Assembly: GCA_002335385.1 (NCBI GenBank) | Contig: DCVK01000071.1 | Span: 13,330 to 77,329, forward strand | DNA length: 64,000 nt | Direction: 5' to 3' | Origin: Candidatus Aminicenantes bacterium UBA2190 | GTDB taxonomy: Bacteria > Acidobacteriota > Aminicenantia > UBA2199 | In this document: piece by piece, positions 19,220-26,496 of the stretch | Layout of the letters: each line of letters begins with the position of its first letter | How positions within the stretch are numbered: position 1 is the stretch's first letter | The notes under the pieces: model-generated | What the model saw: only the letters and a program-made list of their open reading frames with translations | Told to the model about the DNA's origin: nothing | The model's database searches: none | Program-made: the position numbers and the translations under genes

Positions 19220-19231
19220 TGGCATCTTTTT

Positions 19232-20557
19232 TTAAAGCAAATCGCTGGCCAGCTCGGCCAGCATGGAGCGCTCCCCCTTCTCCAGGGTGATGTGCGAATA
19301 GATCTTCTGCCCCTTCATGCGGTGGATCAGGTAGGTGAGGCCGTTGGAGCGGGCGTCCAGGTAGGGGGTGTCGATCTGGTAGGGGTCGCCGGTGAAGACC
19401 ACCTTGGTCCCTTCGCCGGCGCGGGTGATGATGGTCTTCACCTCGTGCGGCGTCAGGTTCTGGGCCTCGTCGACGATGAAGAAGATGCGCTCGAGGCTGC
19501 GGCCGCGAATATAGGACAGCGGGGTGATGCAGAGCTTCTTGTCCTCCAGCATGTTGTTGATGCGCTTGTATTCAGTGGAGTGTTCGTTGAACTGGTGCTT
19601 GATCACCGCCAGGTTGTCGAACAGCGGCTGCATGAAGGGGTCGAGCTTGGAATCGATATCGCCCGGCAGGAAACCCATGTCGCGGTTGGACAGGGGGATG
19701 ATGGGCCGGGCCAGATAGATCTGCCGGAACTGCCGGCTCATCTCCAGGGCGGCCGCCAGGGCCACCAGTGTCTTGCCGGTCCCGGCCTTGCCCATCAGGG
19801 TGACCAGCAGCACGCCGGGGTGGGTCAGGGCATGGAGGGCGAAGATCTGCTCGGCGTTCCTGGGCGTGATGCCGAAGGCGGGTTTCTTCTCGATGCGCTC
19901 CAGCCGGCCCGATTCGGGGTTGTGGTAGGTCAGGACCGACTTGCTGCCGTTCTTCAGGATGCAGTACTCGTGGGGCTGCAGGTCGTGCAGGCCGATAGCG
20001 GCGGGGTCGAGTCCTCCCGCCTCACTGTACATCCGCGAGATCATGTCGCCGGGCACGTCCGGCAGCGATCGCTTGCCGGCATACAGCCGGTCGATGTCCT
20101 GGATGCGGTCGGTGAAATAGTCCTGGGCCACGATCTCCAGCGACTTGGCCTTCAGGCGCAGGTTCACGTCCTTGGAGACCAGGACGACCTGGCCGGTGCC
20201 CGGCTTCTGCTTCCGCGACAGATAGTAGGCCACGCTCAGGATACGATGGTCGGGCCGGTTCTCGGTGAACATGCTCGTCACGGCGGGTTCCTGCAGGTGC
20301 TCGGTGATGATGCGGATCTTGCCGCCCTTGCGGCTGATCTTTGTTCCGCCCTTGAGGATCTTGTCGCCGGAGAGGGTGTCCAGGATGCGGATGAACTCCC
20401 GGGAGTTGAAATTGATCTGGTCGCTTCCCCTCTTGAACTGGTCCAGCTCTTCCAGGACGGTGATGGGAATCGCGATGTCGTTGTCCTCGAAGCTGTAGAT
20501 GCACTCGTAATCGTGAAGAATGACGTTGGTGTCTAGGACAAATGTCTTTTTGGCCAT
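19232..20557 (-). CDS. PhoH2-type protein (N-terminal PIN domain fused to a PhoH-like ATPase)
   Basis: N-terminus FVLDTNVILHD is PIN-like. Walker A is GKAGTGKT. The PhoH-like C-terminus includes IVDEAQN. 441 aa. Confidence 0.9.
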   Translation of the reverse strand: MAKKTFVLDTNVILHDYECIYSFEDNDIAIPITVLEELDQFKRGSDQINFNSREFIRILDTLSGDKILKGGTKISRKGGKIRIITEHLQEPAVTSMFTENRPDHRILSVAYYLSRKQKPGTGQVVLVSKDVNLRLKAKSLEIVAQDYFTDRIQDIDRLYAGKRSLPDVPGDMISRMYSEAGGLDPAAIGLHDLQPHEYCILKNGSKSVLTYHNPESGRLERIEKKPAFGITPRNAEQIFALHALTHPGVLLVTLMGKAGTGKTLVALAAALEMSRQFRQIYLARPIIPLSNRDMGFLPGDIDSKLDPFMQPLFDNLAVIKHQFNEHSTEYKRINNMLEDKKLCITPLSYIRGRSLERIFFIVDEAQNLTPHEVKTIITRAGEGTKVVFTGDPYQIDTPYLDARSNGLTYLIHRMKGQKIYSHITLEKGERSMLAELASDLL

Positions 20558-20680
20558 GGATCACCTTTTTTGTTGGATTTCGGGAGTTCCTTGAATTGAA
20601 TCTTCGTACGTTTCCGATCAAAGCCGTCTGGACATGCTTTTTCTATTTCTCCAAGAAATGACCGTGCCGGGGATGGCATG

Positions 20681-21085
20681 TTAAAGCCCCTTCAGCAATT
20701 CCATTTGGACGTTCAGAGGCCGGGCCAGGGTTTGGAAATGATTGTCCAGGGTAAGCACGGTCAGGCCGTGCGCCTTGGCCAGGGCGGCGATGAGCAGGTC
20801 GGAGAGGGGCATGTTGAACCCTTTTTTGCGCATGGAGGCCCCCATTTTCCCCGCCATCGCGAATATGTCACGGGTTGCTTCCAGGAAGGGCAATCCGAGG
20901 AAGGATTCTTCAAGAAAATCCTGATCCTTTTCATTGTGAATCCCGGTCAACAACTCCGCCAATATGATCCCCGAAACAACGGCACGGTTCTCGTCGAGAA
21001 GCTTTTCCAGCCGTTTTTTTATTGCCGTTTTTTCCCCGCGCAGGAATTCAACCCAGACCGAGGTGTCGACCAGGTATTCACTCAC
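20681..21085 (-). CDS. vapC: Type II toxin VapC (PIN-domain ribonuclease)
   Basis: YLVDTSVWVEFLRG is a PIN N-terminus. The GTG start at 21085 overlaps the vapB stop (GTGAGTGA). 134 aa. Confidence 0.85.
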   Translation of the reverse strand: MSEYLVDTSVWVEFLRGEKTAIKKRLEKLLDENRAVVSGIILAELLTGIHNEKDQDFLEESFLGLPFLEATRDIFAMAGKMGASMRKKGFNMPLSDLLIAALAKAHGLTVLTLDNHFQTLARPLNVQMELLKGL

Positions 21086-21293
21086 CCAGTTCTCTCCGCC
21101 GGAGTTCCCGCACGTCCACATCGACGGCGATCTTACCCCAAGCTCCCTTCAGCTTCTGCCGCCGCAGCCGGTCCAGCATCTCGCGCAGGGCTTTGTCGAT
21201 GATCTCCGTCTTGCTCTTCACCCCGGACAGCCGCGCGATCTCGCGCAGCTTGTCCTCGGCGATGTTGAGCGTGGTCCTCATCTGCATCTCCAA
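21078..21293 (-). CDS. vapB: Type II antitoxin VapB
   Basis: MRTTLNIAEDKLREI... is a typical VapB N-terminus, so the start may be the ATG at 21281 rather than 21293. Overlaps vapC by 8 nt. Confidence 0.8.
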   Translation of the reverse strand: MEMQMRTTLNIAEDKLREIARLSGVKSKTEIIDKALREMLDRLRRQKLKGAWGKIAVDVDVRELRRRELGE

Positions 21294-21413
21294 TCTGCAT
21301 TATAAGTGCATATAAAATGAAATGTCAATACATGGAAGAATGGGGGTGATTGCGATTTGCTTCCAAAGCAGGGGAGGGTTTTAAGCCCTCCCGTTTGTCA
21401 ATTCATTGATTGT

Positions 21414-21451
21414 ATTAAAAAGAAAGGGCAGGCACGGGGGCCTGCCCCTAC
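21414..21451 (-). terminator. REP-like GTAG hairpin (copy 1) followed by a T-rich tract; candidate intrinsic terminator of the aor operon
   Basis: The minus strand reads GTAG-GGGCAGGC-CCCCGT-GCCTGCCC and then TTTCTTTTTAA. This is an 8-bp GC stem with a 6-nt loop, about 108 nt downstream of the aor stop. Confidence 0.5.
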
Positions 21452-21475
21452 AAAACGCCTTAAACTGATTTCTTT

Positions 21476-21546
21476 GCCGTCGGCCGTAAACCGTCCGCCG
21501 TCAGCCGAGCCATTTAACGTCGAACAGCGAACGTCGAACAAAGAAC
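21476..21546. repeat. Two adjacent heptamer-periodic arrays (GCCGTNN x5, then AACGTCG-type x4)
   Basis: gccgtcg/gccgtaa/accgtcc/gccgtca/gccgagc at 21476-21510. aacgtcg/aacagcg/aacgtcg/aacaaag at 21516-21543. Confidence 0.7.
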
Positions 21547-21558
21547 CTCGGTCTTGCC

Positions 21559-23733
21559 TTACAGGTGCTTCCTGACCAGCTCGATGACCTCGGGCAGGTC
21601 CATGCCGATCTCCTTCAGGTGCTCGACCGTGGGCACGCCCTCGGGGGACCAGCCGCGGCGCTTGAAGACGGCGTCGATCAGGCTCTCGTATTGCGCCTCG
21701 CGGTACTGGCGCAGCAGCGTGATCTTCTCCTCGGTGCTCTTGCCCGTTGGGTCGATGTTCTGCTTTTCCTTCAGCGCCTTGTCGTAGCGCTCGGCGCGCG
21801 ACTCGTATTCCTCGACCGTGACCGGGCCCATGGCGCGGTAGGGGGGATAATCCTCAACGCGCTTGCCGTGGCCCATCTTCAGGTTGAAGACGCGCTGGAA
21901 GTTGTAGACGCGCTCCGACTGGCGGATGAGCTCCTCCTTGTCGATCTTCTCGCCGGTGATGGCGTTGTAGATGTCGACGTAGTTCTGCACGTGCTCGGGC
22001 ACCTTGTTGGGTTCCGGGTACTTGGCGTTGTCGGCCGGTTCGATGTCGTTCCAGGGCAGCTTGCACAGCCCCATCAGCCCGAACCAGGTGCGGAACATGG
22101 GGAAGTAATGCAGCGCCTCGGCCTTCTTCTCGAAGGTGGGGATCTGGTTGTTGACCATGTCCATGAAGATCAGCCAGGCCTCGTCGTGCTGCGGACCCTT
22201 GTTGGTCAGGTAGTAGCCGCCCTGCTGGGCCAGCGATTCCTTGGACTGGTATTCCGATTGTTCCAGCCCCTTGCCGTGCATGCCGATGTCCTTGAGGAAC
22301 CGGGCGTCGGCGCCGTATTCCCTGGCGAAGTACTCCTGCATGAACTTGATGCCCTTGCCGGCGATCAGGCCGAACTTCTCGCCGCGGGCGATCTGGTGCA
22401 TCATCTCCAGCGCCGCTTCCCAGTTGCCCCAGGTCATCTCCAGGCCGCCGCAGCGCTCGCTGTTCAGGATGCCGTTCTCATAGCAGTCCATGACGAAGCC
22501 GGTGATGGTGCCGAAGGAAATGGTGTCCAGGCCGTAGGTATCGCAGTAGAAATTGATCTCGACGACGGCCTTGGGGTCGAAGATGGCCGGGTTGGAGCCG
22601 CAGCCGCCGACCGTCTCGTACTCGGGGCCGTCGACCAGCACCTTGTGGCCCTTGTAGGGTCCGGTGCGCAGCTCGAAGTTGTCGATGCCGTGGGCGCAGG
22701 ACATGGTGCAGCCGAACCAGCAGCCGTCGGGGACGTTCTGGGTGAACATCTCCTTCCATACCCAGGAGGCGAGGTTCTTGGCGTCGGGGTGGCTGCCGAA
22801 GCGGAAGTTCTTGGTGGGCAGCAGGTCGTAGTCGTTCATGATCTCGACCAGGTGGGCGGTGCCGATGGTGCGCATCTGGCACTGCTTTTCGTCGTGGGCG
22901 ATGATCTCCTTGTGCAGCTTCAAGCCCGTTTTTTGCAGGGTCTCCATGTCGACGGGGTTGTTGGACTTGCCGGTGAGGCCCGAATACTTGACCACCATGG
23001 CCTTGATCTTCTTATTGCGGAACACCGTGCCGATGCCGCCGCGTCCCGCCTGCTTCAACCGGGGCAGCTTGCGGCGCTTGTCCCAGTAAGAGAAGTTCAG
23101 GCAGCCGATCCAGGCGTGCTCCGAGCCGCGGCCGGCGGAGACCACCGATATGTGCTGCTTCTCGCGCTCGCTGGCGGCGAACATCTCGTGCAGCTGCTCG
23201 GCCACCACGTGCGAGTCGGTCGCCTCCAGCGGCGCCTCCATGATCTGGACCTTGCCCTGGTTGCCGTCGATGTAGATCAGAACGTCGCGGTCGGCCTTGC
23301 CCTGGATCTCCATGGCGTCGAAACCGGAGAACTTCAGGTAGGGGCCGAAGTGGCCGCCGACGTTGCTGTCGATGGGGATGCCGGTCTGGGGCGAGATGGT
23401 GGTGACCAGCGACTTTCCCGAGCCCGGGTAATTGGTGTTGCCGGCGATGGGGCCGGTGGCGATGCAGATCTCGTTCTCGGGCGAGTCCCAGCGCGTGTCG
23501 CCGCTGACCGCGTCCCACAGCAGCTTGAGGTCATAGCCCTTGCCGCCGATGAACTTTTTCTTCATCAGCGCCGGCACCGGTTTCTCCTTGATCTCCAGGG
23601 TGGCCAGGTTGATGTACAGGGTGCGGTCGTTGTAGCCCTTGACCACCGGCTTCAGCTCGTAGGTGAATTCCTTCAGGACCTTGTGGGCCTGTCTGATCTT
23701 TTCGATGTCGTGCTTGGCTTCATTGGCGCTCAT
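21559..23733 (-). CDS. aor: Aldehyde:ferredoxin oxidoreductase family tungsto/molybdopterin enzyme (long form, 724 aa)
   Basis: Start ATG at 23733 follows AAGGAGGA. The N-terminal AOR fold includes YNDRTLYINLATLEIKEKPVP...KFIGGKGYDLKLLW. The track's 846-aa ORF runs on through the out-of-frame ferredoxin gene. Confidence 0.85.
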   Translation of the reverse strand: MSANEAKHDIEKIRQAHKVLKEFTYELKPVVKGYNDRTLYINLATLEIKEKPVPALMKKKFIGGKGYDLKLLWDAVSGDTRWDSPENEICIATGPIAGNTNYPGSGKSLVTTISPQTGIPIDSNVGGHFGPYLKFSGFDAMEIQGKADRDVLIYIDGNQGKVQIMEAPLEATDSHVVAEQLHEMFAASEREKQHISVVSAGRGSEHAWIGCLNFSYWDKRRKLPRLKQAGRGGIGTVFRNKKIKAMVVKYSGLTGKSNNPVDMETLQKTGLKLHKEIIAHDEKQCQMRTIGTAHLVEIMNDYDLLPTKNFRFGSHPDAKNLASWVWKEMFTQNVPDGCWFGCTMSCAHGIDNFELRTGPYKGHKVLVDGPEYETVGGCGSNPAIFDPKAVVEINFYCDTYGLDTISFGTITGFVMDCYENGILNSERCGGLEMTWGNWEAALEMMHQIARGEKFGLIAGKGIKFMQEYFAREYGADARFLKDIGMHGKGLEQSEYQSKESLAQQGGYYLTNKGPQHDEAWLIFMDMVNNQIPTFEKKAEALHYFPMFRTWFGLMGLCKLPWNDIEPADNAKYPEPNKVPEHVQNYVDIYNAITGEKIDKEELIRQSERVYNFQRVFNLKMGHGKRVEDYPPYRAMGPVTVEEYESRAERYDKALKEKQNIDPTGKSTEEKITLLRQYREAQYESLIDAVFKRRGWSPEGVPTVEHLKEIGMDLPEVIELVRKHL

Positions 23734-23735
23734 GT

Positions 23736-24128
23736 TCAGTCCTCCTTGACTTCGATCTTCAGGGCCCCGGTCGGGCACTCCTTGGCGCAGGCGTCGCAGG
23801 CGATGCACTTGAAGGGCACCAGCCCGCCGCGCCAGGTCATCATGGTGTCGGTGGGACAGGCGGCAACGCAGGCCAGACAGTTGATGCACAGGGCACGGTT
23901 GATCAGGACCACGCCCAGCCTGTTGACCGAGATGGCCTGGGTGGGGCATTCGGCGATGCAAGCCCGGCACTGGTCGCAGGCGCTCAGGGTGTAGGAGCCG
24001 TCGGCGGCCGGGGTGACCCGGATGGCCGATTTTTCCGGGTTGTCCTCCTTGAAGTAGAGCTTCGAGCATACGCTCATGCAGGCGTTGCAGCCGATGCACG
24101 CCTCGGCGATGGTCTTGAGATATTTCAT
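23736..24128 (-). CDS. Poly-ferredoxin (four CxxCxxCxxxC motifs), AOR electron-transfer subunit
   Basis: Motifs are CIGCNACMSVC, CDQCRACIAECP, CINCLACVAACP and CIACDACAKECP. Its stop lies 2 nt before the aor ATG. Confidence 0.85.
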   Translation of the reverse strand: MKYLKTIAEACIGCNACMSVCSKLYFKEDNPEKSAIRVTPAADGSYTLSACDQCRACIAECPTQAISVNRLGVVLINRALCINCLACVAACPTDTMMTWRGGLVPFKCIACDACAKECPTGALKIEVKED

Positions 24129-24146
24129 GGTGTCGCGGCGACCTCC

Positions 24147-24311
24147 TTATTTTTTTCCGGGCTGAAGCGAGATCTCGATCGTTTCCATGGGCTGGGGGAT
24201 CTTGTCCAGGGCCTGTACCGCTCCCAGCACCAGGTTGACGAAGATCTTTTTCACGAAAGGGTTGAGGGCAATGGTCCGGCCGTTGACCTTGAGTTCGATC
24301 TTAGTGTTCAT
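24147..24311 (-). CDS. Small ORF (54 aa) not in the ORF track; hypothetical protein of the mobB-aor operon
   Basis: ATG at 24311 has a GGAGGA 5-6 nt upstream and overlaps the mobB stop (ATGAACACTAA). Product is MNTKIELKVNGRTIALNPFVKKIFVNLVLGAVQALDKIPQPMETIEISLQPGKK. TAA at 24147-24149, followed by the ferredoxin gene's RBS. Confidence 0.45.
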   Translation of the reverse strand: MNTKIELKVNGRTIALNPFVKKIFVNLVLGAVQALDKIPQPMETIEISLQPGKK

Positions 24312-24786
24312 GTCGTTCCTCCATGAATGCGGCGATGGCGGCGATCTGATCGGGATGGAAACGCGGCCGGCCCGGGAGACCGCCGGAAACGCCGACCAGG
24401 GCCGCCAGTTCTTCCGGCCCGGTCTTCAGGGCGTTCCCCTGGCGCGGGCCTTCGACCTCGATGATGGGAATGCCCGGATGGGTCAGGCCTTCCAAAAGAA
24501 CAATGTCATCCTGGCCGAGCCGCGACCCCAGTTCGGCCAGCAGCTCCCCCGGCTCGGCAAGGGGGGTCATGCGCAACAGCTCCTTCCCGGCCAGGAGATA
24601 AGCTTCCTTGGCCCCGGCCTGGAGGAAGCGGGCCGTGTCCTTGCCCTCGGGCTGAACGCCGTAGCCGGCGTGGGTGCTTTTGACGGCGATCACCCGCCGG
24701 CCTCGGGCCTTGAAATTTTCGATCAGGCGGGTGATGAGCGTGGTTTTGCCGCTGCCCGACCAGCCGACGATCGAAAAAATCTTCAT
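24301..24786 (-). CDS. mobB: Molybdopterin-guanine dinucleotide biosynthesis adapter protein MobB
   Basis: MKIFSIVGWSGSGKTTLITRLI... is a Walker A motif. 161 aa. Confidence 0.85.
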   Translation of the reverse strand: MKIFSIVGWSGSGKTTLITRLIENFKARGRRVIAVKSTHAGYGVQPEGKDTARFLQAGAKEAYLLAGKELLRMTPLAEPGELLAELGSRLGQDDIVLLEGLTHPGIPIIEVEGPRQGNALKTGPEELAALVGVSGGLPGRPRFHPDQIAAIAAFMEERHEH

Positions 24787-24890
24787 GGGGCATCATCTTA
24801 TTATAGATGCCCGCGCGAGTCAACCGCGGCAAGAACCGCCCGCGCGAGCGCCGGGGCGCGGACGGCAGCTTCCGGGCCTGCCCGGAAAAC

Positions 24891-25661
24891 TCAGTCCCGG
24901 CTATCCTTCATGCCCGGGTCGGGCCTTTTTACGCTGCCGATGCCGATGGCGAACACTCCGTCGCTGCGGTCTTCGGTCTTTTGCGCACCCAACACGGCGG
25001 GCTTGGCCGCGCGGGCCATGCCGGCGACCGGCTGCTCCTGCCACTGGATCTGGATGCTGTAGCTGTTTCCCGGGGGATAGGGAATGCCGTTCAGCAGCCG
25101 CGAGCCGACCTGCCAGGTGTAACGCAGGCTGGAGGCCGGCAGGTTCTCGGCGATGGCGCCCAGCGGCTGGTTGTCCTTGAACAGGGTCAGGCTGACGTAG
25201 CCTCCCGCCCCGGCGCACGACCAGCTGATGTCAAAAGCGCTGCCCTTCTCCAGCATCTCGCCGCCGTTGGGCGTCATCAGCGCCACGACGGAAGCAGGGG
25301 CGGCGATGGTGAAGGCCGAGTCGCTCAGGTCAAAGATGTCGTCGCCGTCGCGGATCTCGATGATGACGCGATAATCCATCGCCGGCTTGGCGAAGGATCC
25401 GTCCATCTTCTGACCGGCCAGCCACGGCAGCGAGCCCTGGGAAACCGTGCTGTACGCGATCGGGCCGAAATCGGTCGCCCCTTCCAGGGCGATGAGCACC
25501 TGCTCGTTTCCGCTGAATCCGGAATATGTCCAGCTGATCGCCAGCGGCGTGCCGCTGAGCAGGGTTTCGCCGCCGTTGGGAGCGATCAGTGTGATCTTCT
25601 TGGCATGGACGGCGCTCAGGCTGAATATCACCATCAGGGTGAAAAGAAATACCTTTTTCAT
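24891..25661 (-). CDS. Secreted protein with two Ig-like (Kre9/KNH-type) repeats
   Basis: ATG at 25661 follows AAGGAGGAAACA. Signal peptide MKKVFLFTLMVIFSLSAVHA. ITLIAPNGGETLLSGTPLAISWTYSG and MTPNGGEMLEKGSAFDISWSC are paralogous to the 17453-19057 protein. Confidence 0.7.
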   Translation of the reverse strand: MKKVFLFTLMVIFSLSAVHAKKITLIAPNGGETLLSGTPLAISWTYSGFSGNEQVLIALEGATDFGPIAYSTVSQGSLPWLAGQKMDGSFAKPAMDYRVIIEIRDGDDIFDLSDSAFTIAAPASVVALMTPNGGEMLEKGSAFDISWSCAGAGGYVSLTLFKDNQPLGAIAENLPASSLRYTWQVGSRLLNGIPYPPGNSYSIQIQWQEQPVAGMARAAKPAVLGAQKTEDRSDGVFAIGIGSVKRPDPGMKDSRD

Positions 25662-25698
25662 TGTTTCCTCCTTTGCGGCAATTATATACAATTTCCCG

Positions 25699-26424
25699 TT
25701 ACATATCTCGCAAAAAAATCAAGCGCACGGCTTTTGTCTGCAGCAGCAGCCCCCGGGCGTCGAACAGGCGCAGCTCAAAACGGCCTTGGGCATCCCTGGC
25801 CAGTGCCTGGAGCGGCCGGCTGATCCTGGTCAGGAGAAAGCTGTTCATCCGCTTCCTGCCGCCGAATTTCCCCAGATCGGCCACTTCCTTTTGCTCGGCG
25901 AACAGGGCGATGCGGTACACTCCGCGGCAGTTCCTGAAGTCGTCCAGCAACGCCCTCAGGTCGATGCGCACGCACTCCGGGCATTCAGGCCAATGCGCGA
26001 GGTCGAGCTTGGTGACGGTGATCGCGGGGACGATCGGCGCCAGGATGGAAAAAGTGCCGTCGCTGGCGTCGGAGCCGTCGATCGCCTCCAGGTGGATCCT
26101 GTAGCCGGGCCCGGGAACGATCCAGGTGCCGTCGCTGAGCTTTCCCACCGCCTGCCATTTGAAAAAGCCCTGGCTCATCGGCACGCCGGCCGGGCTGATC
26201 TGTCCCGAATACCCCGGCCCGGAATGGATGGTGTTGGCTATTTCCACAATGACATGGGCGCTGCCGGCGCAATTGCTGCAGTTCCATATGATCGTGTATT
26301 CCGTTCCCATCACGAGGTTTTCCCCGCCGTTGGGAGAGGATACGGCCGCCTGCGGAGGGGCGGCGGACAAGGCCGCTGCGGAGATGGCCGCGATCCACAG
26401 CCGCCAAATGGTTTTTTGTTTCAC
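25699..26424 (-). CDS. Secreted protein with an Ig-like (Kre9/KNH-type) repeat
   Basis: GTG at 26424 follows GGAGGATGCC. Signal peptide KQKTIWRLWIAAISAAALSAAPP, then VSSPNGGENLVMGTEYTIIWNC. Confidence 0.6.
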   Translation of the reverse strand: MKQKTIWRLWIAAISAAALSAAPPQAAVSSPNGGENLVMGTEYTIIWNCSNCAGSAHVIVEIANTIHSGPGYSGQISPAGVPMSQGFFKWQAVGKLSDGTWIVPGPGYRIHLEAIDGSDASDGTFSILAPIVPAITVTKLDLAHWPECPECVRIDLRALLDDFRNCRGVYRIALFAEQKEVADLGKFGGRKRMNSFLLTRISRPLQALARDAQGRFELRLFDARGLLLQTKAVRLIFLRDM

Positions 26425-26496
26425 GGCATCCTCCTTGGAATTTCCGGATTCAGGCAAAGAATGTTTTTGATCCGGGCATTTTTTCTGCCCATGGCG

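Noticed and set aside
21559-24099. An 846-aa ORF suggesting a giant AOR fusion. Similar N-terminal extensions occur at 16320-17297, 28975-31443, 42817-43875, 53077-54585 and 50406-51635.
   Set aside because: The conserved protein begins at an internal ATG or GTG with a good RBS. The upstream part overlaps the preceding gene out of frame and is low-complexity.
24810-24852. Direct repeat gcccgcgcgag (two copies 18 nt apart), plus TTGACT...TATAAT upstream of mobB as promoter/operator.
   Set aside because: The TTGACT-TATAAT spacing is only 12 nt, incompatible with a sigma70-type promoter. The GC-rich direct repeat is short enough to be chance in this genome.
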